Source of the DNA: Octopus bimaculoides
Lineage: Eukaryota
NCBI RefSeq assembly: GCF_001194135.2
Contig: NC_068982.1
Span: 48,621,308-48,685,307 of the forward strand
Length of the DNA stretch: 64,000 nt
Direction: 5' to 3'
Shown here: one piece after another, positions 24,907 to 38,334 of the stretch
Layout: each line of letters starts with the position of its first letter
Position numbering within the stretch: position 1 is the first letter of the stretch
Notes under the pieces: model-generated
Seen by the model: only the letters and a program-made list of their open reading frames with translations
The model's database searches: none
Told to the model about the DNA's origin: nothing
Translations under genes and position numbers: made by a program

Positions 24907-25039
24907 GTCTATTTTTGAAGTCTGTGTCACATTGGGTTGGCAGACTTGGACTTAATATTGCCACATTTTTCATCAAAGCTTGTTAGTTACTAGGGTGACA
25001 ATACTACCTATTTATTTATCTTTCACACATACATAAACA

Positions 25040-25073
<34 letters not shown>

Positions 25074-25879
25074 GTATTTCTCTTTCAGCAACAACTGTTT
25101 TCCCCTCCTTCTTCCCTCTCTCTATACAGATATTGTTAGAAACAGATGGAGATCAGGTTCATTTTTATAATATATGATGTGGTTATGTCTCAGAATGACT
25201 TTGTTTTCAATGTTAGCCATTTCAAATGCTGTGAATATGGTATCAAATGGAAAACTCATTAGTCTTCTGAGTATATGAGTTGCATTGTGGACAAGGGAAG
25301 TAAACATCAATTGTATCAACTATCAGCACATTGTATTAGAAATAATATACAGAATATTAGCTCCCTTTAAAAAAAAGACAAATTTCTTGATCTCTCACAG
25401 TACATACTTAGCCTTGATCATATTGAAGGCCTCAATTTCAGCCCCAGCTTTTAGCTTAAAGGAAAAAAAAAATGACTAAAACAGAAAGGAAATTTAACTT
25501 GCATTATTCATCAGTGTTTCAAGATTCCTAGAGATGAAAGTATTATGAGAATTAATCTAAAACTTTAAGACTTATGAAAGTGTGACAGCAATAAACAGAG
25601 AAGTGAGGAAAGCAAAAACACACTTAACAAGAACATTAGATTAGTTCTATGGGATCTAAAAAAAATAACGAGTAAATTCTAATATGTAAAAGTGAGAAAA
25701 GCAATCAGTTTATTTTTATAAACAAAGAAGAATACATTAGAAAAATCAACAATGTACTATATGAATATAGCATATTTGTCAAAATTAGGAAGACAACAAT
25801 GCAGTTAAGATTTTTAACTCAATAAATTAATTACCACTGCAGACAATCAAATAAAATCTATTCCTTTCCATAAATAAGA

Positions 25880-26467
25880 GAGATTGATGCTGCATATACT
25901 TATGGCAAACAAAGTGAATCCCCCTTCCCTTATCATATAATCTCCCAAATCAACAACTCATTCATAGAAATGCTAATCAACTAGATCATATCAGGAAGAA
26001 ATATATATCACAGAGATATAGTATTCAGTCACCAGGAATTCTTAGAAATTGTACAAGAAGCCAACAAGGTTGGCAACATTCCAACAATGGATGTAGAAAG
26101 ATTTTTTTTAACCAATGCGAATACTATAGGCACAAATCTTTTATAGGTGTTATACATTGATATTTTCACAAGGTTTATTAATACTGCAGATACTTTTAAC
26201 CCTCTTATTACTATGCTTCTATTGAAATACACTACATTTATCTAAATTAATTTTGAAATTAATGAAGAATTTAGTAAAATGTTTGTCATTATTGAGAAGG
26301 CTTTTGAAGCATAAATTAACGTGAAATTTTTCAGGAAAATTTTGAATTTTGAATACTTTAAAACAGGAAGTTTGTATCATAGAACCGGAGTGGTCTCAGG
26401 TGAAGCAGTATCAAAAGTCTGCGAAGAGTGCATGGAATTAACCTGGTGTATAGAATTATACAGGTAA
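25880..26467 (+). mobile_element. Heavily decayed Penelope-like reverse transcriptase fragment
   Basis: One frame of 195 codons with only 4 internal stops in AT-rich DNA. Ordered motifs YTYG / HIISQI / SHQEFLEIV / TMDVERFFLTN / LYHRTGVVSG resemble PLE RT YIYG / RPIISQI / S..EFL.IL / SLDVESLFTN / LY.Q.DGVAMG. No YVDD found. Alignment by eye only. Confidence 0.45.
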
Positions 26468-26952
26468 TTCATAAAACAGCAATTGTAAGTTCAAGATTAG
26501 TTCTAGGTTTTGTAAGGAACTAAGTTCAGGTAATCATCAGTTTATTCTCTTCTTTCTAGTTTTTGAAGCTCATACGATGTGAATCAAAATTCATTGCTTA
26601 TTAGAGATTCTGGATATAGAGAATCTGGTGGTCATTGCAAATCAATCCAAGAACCCATGGTAGAATTTGTAACATGTAAGAGAGTGATTAATTGAAGTAG
26701 GATGAAAAGGAAACAGTCTGAAATAAAAGACAGACCAAGTTAATATAAGTAACTGCCAAATTCTAAACTACTGAAACACTACAATCAATAATAGCATTAG
26801 GGGTGTTAAAATATTTTTGAAACTAATGACATAAACCACTAAGAGGTGAAAACAACAGAATACTGAAAGACACTTATGATGACAAAAGTAGATGCTGTGT
26901 TGTTATATATAAAATATATACAATAATAAAAAAAAAGAAGGCTGAGCTTGAC

Positions 26953-27312
26953 TTAACACTTTTGCATATAAGCCAGCCATATCCAGCTCAAATATTCTAC
27001 TGGTGTTATGTTCAAATCAGCCAGATCTGGTCTCTTATATTTAGCTAACAATGTCATTCTAAAAATAAACAAATACATCGTTGAAATCTCAAAGCTTCAA
27101 GATAATGCATGATTAGTTCAAAACACTGTGAATAAATAAGCATCACATTTGATAGATTGAATGCTAAAGGGTTAAACCAGCTATATCCAACTTGAATATT
27201 CTACCAGTTTTATGCTCAAATCAGCCAGATCTGGCCTCTCATATCAACCCTACAATGTCAATAATAAATAAGCATTACATTTGATAGAGTAATCAGAACA
27301 CTAAAGGGTTAA
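26953..27312. mobile_element. piggyBac-type MITE plus tandem partial duplicate sharing a TTAA
   Basis: TTAA at 26953, ...ATGCTAAAGGG|TTAA at 27172-27175, then a second truncated body ending CTAAAGGG|TTAA at 27309-27312. Confidence 0.78.
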
Positions 27313-27843
27313 AGCAGCATGAGTTACAGTCATGCATACACATCAATGCACAATGAAAGGACTAAGGTATGAAACAGGTAATTTTACTGAATAGATGATA
27401 TGCAATGTATATTCTGATACATTCTTGGCATAAAGTGCTTCAGAATAATTTCACAAGACACACAGGGAAAGAGCAGTTCAAAAAGTGTGAGAAAGTTCGG
27501 CTTCATAGAAAAGATGGTGAGGAACTGAGATGCAAAGAAATATTCTGTTCTACAAAAAAAAAAAAAAAAAAAGAAACACCTAAAGGATGCTTCTACATGT
27601 AAATGACAATAACAGAGATGGTAAAGATAAAAATGGTGACAGTGACTGTGAAGAAATAGCAATTGTGGCGATGAAGAGAATGATGATGATGATGGCGGTG
27701 GTAGGGACGACGGTGAAAATGACAGCAATGGTGAAGACAACAAGGATAGTAATGATGATAATGATGAGGATGATAATATACGTTTCCGTGTTACAGGCAA
27801 CACTGAAATAACCTTTTCTGACTTACAAAACATTTTGTGTACG

Positions 27844-28050
27844 TCATCATCATCATCATCATCGTTTAACGTCCGCTTTCCATGCTAGCATGGGTTGGAC
27901 GATTTGACTGAGGACTGGTGAAACCGGATGGCAACACCAGGCTCCAGTCTGATTTGGCAGAGTTTCTACAGCTGGATGCCCTTCCTAACGCCAACCACTC
28001 AGAGAGTGTAGTGGGTGCTTTTACGTGTCACCCGCACGAAAACGGCCACG
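27844..28050 (-). mobile_element. Young RTE-type 3' end with (GAT)n tail
   Basis: CpG-rich; reverse complement matches 33530-33686 and 32963-33036. Confidence 0.78.
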
Positions 28051-28474
28051 TGTGTATGGATATGTCTGTGTGTGTGCATATGCAGGTGTATGTGTATATA
28101 TGTGCGTACATGTGTGTGTGTGGTGTGTTGGCATGCACAAAAGTGCATTTTAAGCTGTTTCTTTTACCTATGTTTGTTGTGCGTCCAGTGAGCCCTTAGA
28201 TATGTGAACATACTATGGAACCTAAGACGGAGCATCTACAATGTATTTATTTCTGAAATGGAGTGAAAGGATACAATCAAAAAGTAAAAGAAGGCAAAAA
28301 TAAAGAAGAAAAGATCAAGTATTAAACAAAAAAAAGAAGAAGTAAAGCAAGTGATGAAGGAAATATGAATAAAGATGCTTCCTTCATTGCTTTCCACTGA
28401 GGAAAGTAATTGAATTTGCCAACTTAAGCAAAGAAAATAAATAGGAAGATAGGAACACGTGTGTGTGTGTGTGT

Positions 28475-28519
<45 letters not shown>

Positions 28520-28984
28520 CACATTTAGCATTATCCCACTCCCTCTCTATTGTGTGTGTGAGTGCAACTGCATATAGTATTTATATATGCATACACACAT
28601 ACAGATTTATGAGAAGGAAAAAGAGAAAGAAAGACTTGCATACGTATTTATAAAGATCAATACAATAAATAAATCATTAATGTTCACAGTTCAATAGTTT
28701 AATTTCTGGTACTGAGTTCAGATTCCCAGAAAAATCCAAAGCAAGATTGAATCCATACTTGAAATCTATTTACCATTTCTTCTCTTCTGAAACCTTATTT
28801 TCCAAGATAATTTCTCTATGTGTGAGATTTACTAACAACACTATGCTAGTTTCATAGGAATTATATGTTATATACCAATGCATAGTTTTGCTCAAAGTAG
28901 TTGAAACATCTATAAGCTTTTCTGCATCTCTTTAACACTAGTGAGTACCTGTACAGTTTATATACAACCAGATCTCAAAAAGAT

Positions 28985-29621
28985 CTGCTGCACCGTGTCC
29001 CATATTTGTGGTTCTTCATCATTAAAGACTTTGTTTAATGTAATGCAATTTTATAGTCAAGAATTTAATTATGACTGACATGAGTACCACCCAAAGAAGT
29101 TGTTAATCTACAGCTTCTACCCAACTCTTGGAGAAAAAGGTTTTTCTGTCAGACAGTGCCGTAACTGCATGTATCAATAGAGTTCTTTTCATTAACCTCA
29201 GTTAATGGGTCTCATACTTGCATGCAGACCCCATGCAAAGTTGGTAATAGGCCTAAGCCTAATGTGATAAGCAGACCCCATGCAAAGTTGGTAATAGGCC
29301 TAAGCCTAATGTGATAAGCAGACCCCATTTCAAACAACATATCAAGTATTTTAGTAATCAATGCTAAATACATATGATTTATAAGGATAAGTTGGATGTG
29401 ACAAAACAAAATAAATGAACTAGAATGTTTTATAAGAAAATTGAATTCTGTACCAAAGGGACTCTTCCATTTGCCTCTAACCAGTAGGAGAAAAGTTTCC
29501 CCAAAATAATAAACTCATGCCTACTGGCCAACCTGCCTCTACCACACTTTCTACTCAGCCTGCTTTCCTCGTTTGGATAAGTCTTGAAATATTTCACTTC
29601 ATGTGACAGTTCCTTGTCCAT
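28985..29621 (-). mobile_element. Possible pogo/Tigger transposase relic
   Basis: ORF 29430-29621 (..RKCGRGRLASRHEFIILGKLFSYWLEANGRVPL) resembles the CENP-B-type HTH; FFSKSWVE and NKVFNDEE follow in the order of F.AS.GWL and IFN.DE. Weak, by-eye match. Confidence 0.35.
29224..29328. repeat. Perfect 47-bp tandem duplication (2.2 units)
   Basis: GCAGACCCCATGCAAAGTTGGTAATAGGCCTAAGCCTAATGTGATAA at 29224 and 29271, partial unit at 29318. Confidence 0.97.
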
Positions 29622-32600
29622 TGCTAATATATATAAACTGCATGGTAAAGAAGTTTGCTAGGCACAGGTGTGGCTGTGTGGTTAAGAGGTTTGCTTCCCA
29701 ACCACATGGTCATAGGTTCAGTCTCATCATGTGGAACCTTGGACAAGTGTCTTCTATTATAGGCTCAAGTCGACCAAAGCCTAGAGAGTGGATTTGGGAA
29801 ATAGATAGAAACTCTTCATGTGTGTGTGTGTGTGTAAATGAATATGTGGGCATGTATGTATGTATGTATGTATGTATGTATGCATGCATGTATGTATGTG
29901 TTAGTGCATGTTTGTGTCTTCTTGTCGTAACATCATGTGATCACTGTAATATCATTTATTTCCATTGTATTCAGTGAAATTCCAGGCCATGGGGAAATGT
30001 TACATTGATTGGAAATAAGTAAGGGTTGTTAACAGGAAGGGTGTCTGAATGTAGAGAAATCTACGTCAGAAAACTCTATCTGACCCATGCAAGCATGGTT
30101 AAGTGTATGATAAATCAATGATGATGATGATTTTTTTGCAATTAGATGACATAATAAAATGCACCCAATCCACTCAGTAAAATGGTTGGTTCTATGAAAG
30201 GTATCCAGCCATAAAAACCATGCCCCAAAAGGAGAAGACCAAATGAAAGAAATGTGCACACCATAAATTACATTGCAGGCAATAAGTCTAGGAAGATAGT
30301 AACTCTAAATAAAAACTGACACAAGGGCAAAGGATCCCTTTAACAAAAATGTGAAAAAACTTTCTTGAATATACATGTTTTAATTCTTTATATGCACATT
30401 CCTGTACATATTCTTTCAATATTTTTCCTTTTTATTACTGTACTGCAATATCAAATTTATTACCTCACAGTAAATAAAATATTGAAAGGCAAAAGTATAG
30501 CACAAATATAGTATATCTGATTTATTGCATGCTTTCCTCTCCTACGTATATGAGCATAAGCAAAAATGTCTTGTAGTATAAATAGCAACAGAAAGTGTAA
30601 AACCAGAAGTTGCTTTAGACTAAGCAAATGTACAAATGGCATCAAAACACTATTTGGTTCCTGAAAACTCAGTGGAATAATCTTATTGGAATCAGAATAA
30701 AAAAAAATTCTGCCTTATCATCAATAACAGCACCCTGGGTACTAGTTTAAAATCTAATAAAACCAAAATTCAACTAATCATACAAACTCTATTAGAAACC
30801 GAACCAAAAGGTAAATTCCATGTGAGTTAATAAATGAACCTCTACTTATGCACTCCACCTGCTAGAAATGACAGCCAAAATCTTCTTCATATCTCACTGT
30901 ACCACTTTATGAAAAAGGACATATTTGGATGTGTCATAATTATATCAAGCCCATAAAATAGAACGACAGGAATTTTGAGAATGGCATGGCTACAATCATG
31001 GATGTTCTCTGTGATGAAATACCTGGGGTTAAACGCTGTCAGCAACAACAACAACAACTATAATCTATTCAAATTAATCTCTTTGCAACATGCATGACAA
31101 ACCGCCTGTTCACAATATCCATTGTCCATTTTACTTGGCAACTGTTTGTTGCAATCTATTCTGCTACAACAACTACATGTCCAACCACTTATGGCTATAT
31201 AGCTGTGTAATCAACGAAAAACAATGCTGGTTTCAAGTTATTATCACCCTTATTCTTAACAAATGAAGCAAAAAAAGACAAATCAATATCAATTTCTTTT
31301 CTAAATCCAAAGCTAAATTTGCATGATAAATCCCGAGGAAGTAAAGTAATCAGGCTCACACTAAATCTAGCTTGCTTGGTTCCACAACAATCTGTGCCCC
31401 ACCCACTACTATACTTGTTGTCTTATACCTGCAAAATGCATCGCTTATTGTATGAGTCAATGAGGAAACTTCTACCTGGGTGCTCGACCTGCCAGAAATA
31501 GCAGTCAGATTTCTCTATCTTAAAGATAAAAATGGAAAAACAAAGATGCAACATAAATCTGGATATACTACATGCTAAGAAAAAAGATGGGATCGTCATA
31601 GCTGGAACCATTTTTGAATAAGTCAATGAAACATTAGGGTAAAGGTCATGAATGACCATAGGACTGCACCTAGAAAGTTCCCCTCTGAGGCACAAATCCA
31701 GGCAAGGTTGTTTATGGAAGTTCAGCAGTTACCCATGCATACCAGCCTCCCCTCTATATGCCACCAATGTTATCCGAGGGAAAGGCAAAGGCTGATACAG
31801 CTTGGCACCAGTGATGTCACAACTCATTTCTACAGCTGAGTGAACTGGAGCAACATGAAATAAAGAGTCTTGCTCAAGAACACAACACACAGCCTGGCCC
31901 AGGAATCGAACTCACTACCTTGTAATTGTGAGCCCAACACTCTAACCACTGAGCCATGTGCTGGAAACCTGAAACAAGGAGGTTTTTACAATATTTCCCC
32001 AAAAAATATTTCTACCTAGGTGCTCAACCTGCTAGGAATAGCAGTCAGATTTCTCTATCTTAAAAACAAAAAAAAAAACAATAATATTAAAAACAAAATA
32101 ACTCTAGATATACATCATACTTAAAAAAGATGGGATGGTCATGGCTGGAAAAATTTTTGAATAAGTCAAGGAAATATTAAAACAATGAATTTTTATATAT
32201 TTCTGAAAAACAGACAAGGATGTTATAACTGGAATTACTCTGTTTCGTGGTTTGTCCTGTCAGAACTGAACTGAGGCTACACAACAGCAACAACATTTGG
32301 TTATACCAAAATAAGATGGACAGCAAACAGGCTGTTACATTCCATCTCACCGATTGCAGAAGATGCATGATGAATTTTGAAAATTGAACTTCTACCCTAA
32401 ATGATGTGTGGTATGACTAGTGAATTCAATGTATAATCTACTTGTAAACACTTAATTGACTTCGTCCTTGTAATAAGCCTCTGCAGGCAGAAGTAATTAG
32501 TGTCCCAATAAAAACGCCAGTAACTACAACATATTTAAATCTATTTGCTACAGACAGAATGAATATTTATTGATCGTAGATAAAATGTTACATTATAAAA

Positions 32601-32665
32601 CAATGAACAAATCAAAACAAAAGCAAGAACAGTTATTACTTTCCACATGACATCAATTATTATTG

Positions 32666-32699
<34 letters not shown>

Positions 32700-32700
32700 G

Positions 32701-32910
32701 GTGGCAAGCTGGAAGAATTGTTAGTACACCAGACAAATGTTTAGTAACATTTCATCTGTCTTTACATTCTGAGTTCAAATTCCTCTAAGGTTGACTTTGC
32801 CTTTCATCTTTTCAGAGTTGATAAAATAAGCACCAGTTGAACACTGGGAGTCAACGTAACAAACTATCTCTACCCTCAAAATTGCAGGCCCTGTGCCTAT
32901 AATAAAAAGG
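32701..32910 (+). mobile_element. SINE family 2 flanked on both sides by (ATT)n
   Basis: GTGGCAAGCTGGAAGAATTGTTAG...CTGAGTTCAAATTCC...TTGCAGGCCCTGTGCC; (ATT)n at 32657-32698 and from 32911. Confidence 0.75.
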
Positions 32911-32962
32911 ATTATTCATCATCATCATCATTATTATTATTATCATTATTAATATTATTATC

Positions 32963-33686
32963 ATGCTTGCCAGTCCTCAGTCAAATCGTCCAACCCATGC
33001 TAGCATGGAAAGCAGACGTTAAACGATGATGATGCTGACATGGCCGATTAGAGTACCGCCTGATTGGCGCTCGTGCCAGTTGAAATTTGAAAGCACATCC
33101 GAACGTGGGGTGTAACCAGCCCACTTATGAGTACCCCTCATTCCCTGGACAATGAACTTTGCTTGCGAAGACCTATTGAGGCAAGTTTAAACAAATCAAA
33201 ATCGCTGATGTGACCGATGATAGTACTGCTTGATTGGCACTCGTGCCAGTGGAACGTTAAAAGGATATCCGAGCATGAGCGTTGCCACGGCCACGGATTG
33301 TCTCTTGTGCTGGTGACACGTGAAAAGCACCATTTGAGCATGATCGTTGCCAGCATCACCTTAATGGCATATGTGCCAGTGACACATGAAAAACAACATT
33401 TGAGCGTGGTCATTGCCAGTGCCGCCGGACTGGCTCCCATGCAGGTAGCATGTAAAAACACCTTTTGAGTATGGTCGTCGCCAGAACCACCTCACTGGCC
33501 CTCATGCCGGTGGCACGTAAAAGGCACCCACTACACTCTTGGAGTGGTTGGCATTAGGAAGGGCATCCAGCTGTAGAAACTTTGCCAGATCAGACTGAGC
33601 CTGGTGCAGCTTCTGGCTCACCAGTCCTCAGTCAAACCGTCCAGCATGGAAAGCAGACATTAGACGATGATGATGATGACGACGAC
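32963..33686 (+). mobile_element. RTE LINE 3' UTR with internal ~60-bp degenerate tandem repeats, preceded by a short second RTE tail
   Basis: Repeated GTGCC.GTG.CAC.T.AAAA.CACCATTTGAGC.TG.TCGTTGCCAG units at about 33235-33530; ends in (GAT)n(GAC)n; another tail ending AAACGATGATGATG at 32963-33036. Confidence 0.72.
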
Positions 33687-33689
33687 ATG

Positions 33690-34390
33690 GCACAATATCC
33701 AATATTGTGATGTTATAGATTGAAGATATTTTGTGTACCAGAGATTTGTACTGTCTGTCAAGTCACAACAAGGACCTCAGTCAGACAGTACTTTATGCAA
33801 AATGCATGCAGTTCCAAGTAAAGTCAAGCTTCAGAACCTTTTGTTTGAACAGAAGGCTGTGGTAAGTGGTTGGTGCAACTTTGAGAAGGTCTTACATTTT
33901 GAGCTTGTCCCAGATGGTCATGTTGTGAACACTCATATTTATGTACAAAAATTGCAGTGAGTATATGATGCTCTGAAAGCACACTACTTGGCATTGGTCA
34001 ATGAAAAACACACTCTCACAGTATGGCAATGTACCAGTATATAATGCCAATGTGACCAATTGCAAACTTGAGGAATTTGAGGGGCTGACCCTTGTCTACA
34101 GTCTAGATGTTGCACTATTAGATAACTACCGTTTCTGAGACATGGCACATGCCCTGCAGGAACAGAGGTTCAGTGATGTGGATGAGATTGAAAATAGGTT
34201 GAAAGAATTTTTTTGCCTCTAAACCAGCCAAATGGTATAACAGTGGAATTGAGCTTCTGGTACAATGACAGCAACAGACAATAGAATATCATGAGATATA
34301 TTTTGATGAATAAATACTTTTTGTACGTAATTTGTTGGAACTATTAATTGAAGCTTGAAATATGAAAAAACTTTTGACTCAACCTGGTGT
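33690..34390 (+). mobile_element. mariner (DD34D) transposase C-terminal relic with right terminus
   Basis: Broken translation: QKAVVSGWCNFEKVLHFELVPDGHVVNTHIYVQKLQ*VYDALKAHYLALVNEKHTL/QYGNV..YSLDVALLDNYRF*DMAHALQEQRF..EFF/ASKPAKWYNSGIELL..IEYHEIYFDE*. Matches mariner WWN.EG..HFELVP, QQDNA and YSPDLAPSDY. TIR-like end AAAACTTTTGACTCAACCTGG. Confidence 0.85.
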
Positions 34391-34394
34391 ATAC

Positions 34395-34690
34395 ACACAG
34401 AGATACACATACATATATATATATACATACACACACACACACATATATATATATATACATATACACGCACATATATATACATATATAAACACATATATAT
34501 ATATACACACACACATATACATATATATACACACACATACATATAGACACACATGTACACACACACACATATATATACATGTATATATATATATGTATAC
34601 ACACAGACACATATAAATATACATGCATATATATATATATATCCACACACATATACATATATATGTATTTAATGTGTGTGTGTGTGTGTC
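34395..34690. repeat. Complex (TA)/(CA) microsatellite field
   Basis: Direct reading; source of the YI/HT/CV ORFs. Confidence 0.9.
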
Positions 34691-35256
34691 CATATGTACT
34701 TGGTCATTGAGTTGTAAACACTTTTTGTTCAATACTTATCTTATAAATTTCTAATATAATAGAGTGACTCAAAACCACCACCACCGCCACTGCTGCCACC
34801 ACCACCTTTTAATCTAACAATGCTAAAAGATTAGCCCACTGCTTCTTTAGCACTTGCTTAGCCAACAAATTGCTATAATTGCTTTTGTTACCCAGGTGAC
34901 CTCATTAGCAGTGAAGGAGGGTGAATGGACCAAGCGCATAGTAGCAGCATAATAAGAATGGGAGTGCAAAAAGTTCAGGGAATAGAAGGCACTTGCTCAA
35001 GGTGTCACACAAAGGGACTGACACTTTCCTGATCATCAACTACAGTTTATCAAATCACAGCAGATCAACATTTGTAAGCAGTTATTATTGTATACTTCAC
35101 AATAAGAGGAAAACCATGTTACACTAAAAAAAGACTTTTATTGCTCTATGCTATTTTGTGTTTCGATGTGCAATGTTATATACTTTTAGATTGTGGATTT
35201 CCTAAGATCAATTATAAACGGAGCACTATAATTAAATATATATATATATGTATATA

Positions 35257-36229
35257 NNNNNNNNNNNNNNNNNNNNNNNNNNNNNNNNNNNNNNNNNNNN
35301 NNNNNNNNNNNNNNNNNNNNNNNNNNNNNNNNNNNNNNNNNNNNNNNNNNNNNNNNNNNNNNNNNNNNNNNNNNNNNNNNNNNNNNNNNNNNNNNNNNNN
35401 NNNNNNNNNNNNNNNNNNNNNNNNNNNNNNNNNNNNNNNNNNNNNNNNNNNNNNNNNNNNNNNNNNNNNNNNNNNNNNNNNNNNNNNNNNNNNNNNNNNN
35501 NNNNNNNNNNNNNNNNNNNNNNNNNNNNNNNNNNNNNNNNNNNNNNNNNNNNNNNNNNNNNNNNNNNNNNNNNNNNNNNNNNNNNNNNNNNNNNNNNNNN
35601 NNNNNNNNNNNNNNNNNNNNNNNNNNNNNNNNNNNNNNNNNNNNNNNNNNNNNNNNNNNNNNNNNNNNNNNNNNNNNNNNNNNNNNNNNNNNNNNNNNNN
35701 NNNNNNNNNNNNNNNNNNNNNNNNNNNNNNNNNNNNNNNNNNNNNNNNNNNNNNNNNNNNNNNNNNNNNNNNNNNNNNNNNNNNNNNNNNNNNNNNNNNN
35801 NNNNNNNNNNNNNNNNNNNNNNNNNNNNNNNNNNNNNNNNNNNNNNNNNNNNNNNNNNNNNNNNNNNNNNNNNNNNNNNNNNNNNNNNNNNNNNNNNNNN
35901 NNNNNNNNNNNNNNNNNNNNNNNNNNNNNNNNNNNNNNNNNNNNNNNNNNNNNNNNNNNNNNNNNNNNNNNNNNNNNNNNNNNNNNNNNNNNNNNNNNNN
36001 NNNNNNNNNNNNNNNNNNNNNNNNNNNNNNNNNNNNNNNNNNNNNNNNNNNNNNNNNNNNNNNNNNNNNNNNNNNNNNNNNNNNNNNNNNNNNNNNNNNN
36101 NNNNNNNNNNNNNNNNNNNNNNNNNNNNNNNNNNNNNNNNNNNNNNNNNNNNNNNNNNNNNNNNNNNNNNNNNNNNNNNNNNNNNNNNNNNNNNNNNNNN
36201 NNNNNNNNNNNNNNNNNNNNNNNNNNNNN
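35257..36229. other. Largest assembly gap (973 N) between (TA)n and (TAGA)n
   Basis: Run of N; the three 330-370 aa ORFs here are artefacts. Confidence 1.
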
Positions 36230-36429
36230 ATAGATAAATAGATAGAAAGATAGATAGATAGACAGATAGATAGATAGATAGATTGATAGAAAGATAGTCA
36301 CGTCAGAATAATAGTAGACTTACTTGCAAAATAGGACGTGTGCGTTCAATAATGTAATAATACAAAGAATATATATACATGTATACACACATATATGTAC
36401 ATACTTACATCTACATGTGTATATACATG

Positions 36430-36600
36430 CATATCAGGGTACAGGACGTTAGAACAATAAACTACAGACAACGGAACGAACACATAGGAAAACGGAAAGC
36501 CACTTGGAATATCCCTTCATCAGCTGTCTCTATTCTATCTAGACGTTTCGAAGACAAGACAGAACGTACTCTAGAATAGTCTCTTCCTGAGTAGTGGATC
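36430..36600 (-). mobile_element. Penelope-like terminal repeat remnant with broken hammerhead half-motifs
   Basis: Minus strand has GTCTTCGAAACGTC and then CAGCTGATGAAGGGATATTCC (same start as the 435-482 family), but no complete fold. Confidence 0.4.
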
Positions 36601-37440
36601 AACCCACTACACACATGTATATATATGTAAACTATATACAAACACTACATACACATGTATATATACCCTCTGTGTGTGTGTGTGAGTGTACATACACAAA
36701 CAAACACAATATTACTATCACATAGGTTGCTAACATCTGTCATGGTATGTCATCAAAATCTGTCCATTGAAATCAAACCATACAAATACAAATAACAATA
36801 TATAAATATATTAAATAAACAAAGAAGGAAAATAGATAAAAATACTAATTCAAAATATTTTTTTTTAAATGTGACAATAAACAAAAACAGAGGAGAAAAA
36901 TAAAATTAAATATATATTTCAAATAAAATAAACATAATACACTTGGTGAATAAAAAAGAACAGCAATAAAAAAAAACCCCACAAGACTTCCAATTTCTAA
37001 TGACAGTAGAAGATATTGGTTTTAGCTGGCAGGTATTTTGTTTTGTGTATTAGTTCAGATATTAACAATTCTGTGGGATCTTTAGACAATCTTCAATAGA
37101 AATCACAGAAGAGAGCCAATTACTGACTTTTGTGTTTTCCAACAGAGAAGATGTCAATTAATGAAGAAGCATATAATCAAAAGAAATAGCAGGAAATAAA
37201 AATTAAAAAAACCAAACAAACAAACAAGCAAGAGACAAAGATATGATAGAATATGATAAATGAATAAATAAATAACGGGTAAATGGCAGGATAAGTAAAA
37301 AATAAATAAAAGAAACATTTCATGGGGGGTACACATGATTATAGGTAGGTGTATTGAATTGATAATTAGATGAGAAGCTTACTTTTGACTACTATTTCAC
37401 TCACACCACAGACTGTAACAAAAAAAGTTTTTAAAAATCA

Positions 37441-37855
37441 CAGGCATGGCCGTGTGGTAAGAAGTTTGCTTTCCAACCTTGTAGCTCTTTGTTCAGTACC
37501 AGCGAATGGTACCTTAGTCAACTGTCTTCTACTATAGCCCCAGGAGCCAAACAAATCTTTGTGAATGAACCTGGTAGGATGGCAACTGAAAGAATCATTT
37601 TGTGTGTATATAAATATGTGTGTGAGCATATGTGTGCATTGTCTTTGCATCTGTGTGAGAGTGTGTATCTTTGCGCCTATGTGAAAGTGTGTGTCATTGT
37701 GTTTGTTCCCCTATTGCTGCTTGACAGCTAGTGTGTGTTTGCTTACATCCTCATAACTTAATGGTTCAGCAAAAGGGACCAACAAAGTAAGTACCAAGAC
37801 TAAAACCCTTCATAAAGGTGCCCCAGCATGGCCATAGTCCAGTGACAGAAAAGAC
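37441..37855 (+). mobile_element. SINE family 1, full length
   Basis: Head CAGGCATGGCCGTGTGGTAAGAAG; tail CCCCAGCATGGCCATAGTCC. Confidence 0.78.
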
Positions 37856-38334
37856 AACGATAGATGATACATAATGGATAAACCAGAAGTAAAGAAGTTT
37901 CATAATCATAATATGTGAGTAAAAATAGTCATGAAAAGTCTATTGCATGTAGGTATATACTGATAACATATAAAATTAAATATTGATCTCTCAGTCTGTC
38001 TAGGAATCATTATCAATGTCACCATCTAGCTGCTGTAGCAGGCAAAGACCACTGGTGTATTGCAAGATTTTAGTCTGTGAGGTTGCTGCTCTGCAGCTAG
38101 AATAACTCATTTTCATCAGAATAGAATTAGAGAAACGTGGAGTGAAATGTTTTGTCTAGGCACAATTCACAATTCAATTTGATTATTGAACCCATAACAC
38201 TGTGATTGGAAATCCAGCAGCTTGGTTATTAAGCCATATGATTTCACTATTGAATATGTTCATATAGTTTTAATTTAACAGCTGAAATGGTTACTATAAA
38301 TGAAGCATGATATATGAAGTATGATATATGAAGT

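Noticed and set aside
31450-32175. Two similar ~170-bp blocks (31450-31630 and 32010-32175)
   Set aside because: Related sequence is scattered across the window (about 4830-4990, 16740-16830, 30850-31030), so these are copies of a dispersed repeat, not a special duplication.
35141-36301. Three longest ORFs (329-371 aa)
   Set aside because: Almost entirely the 973-N gap.
38025-38101. Imperfect 77-nt hairpin closed by TCTAGCTGC/GCAGCTAGA
   Set aside because: Only 9 contiguous pairs with several bulges; within chance expectation for a 64-kb window.
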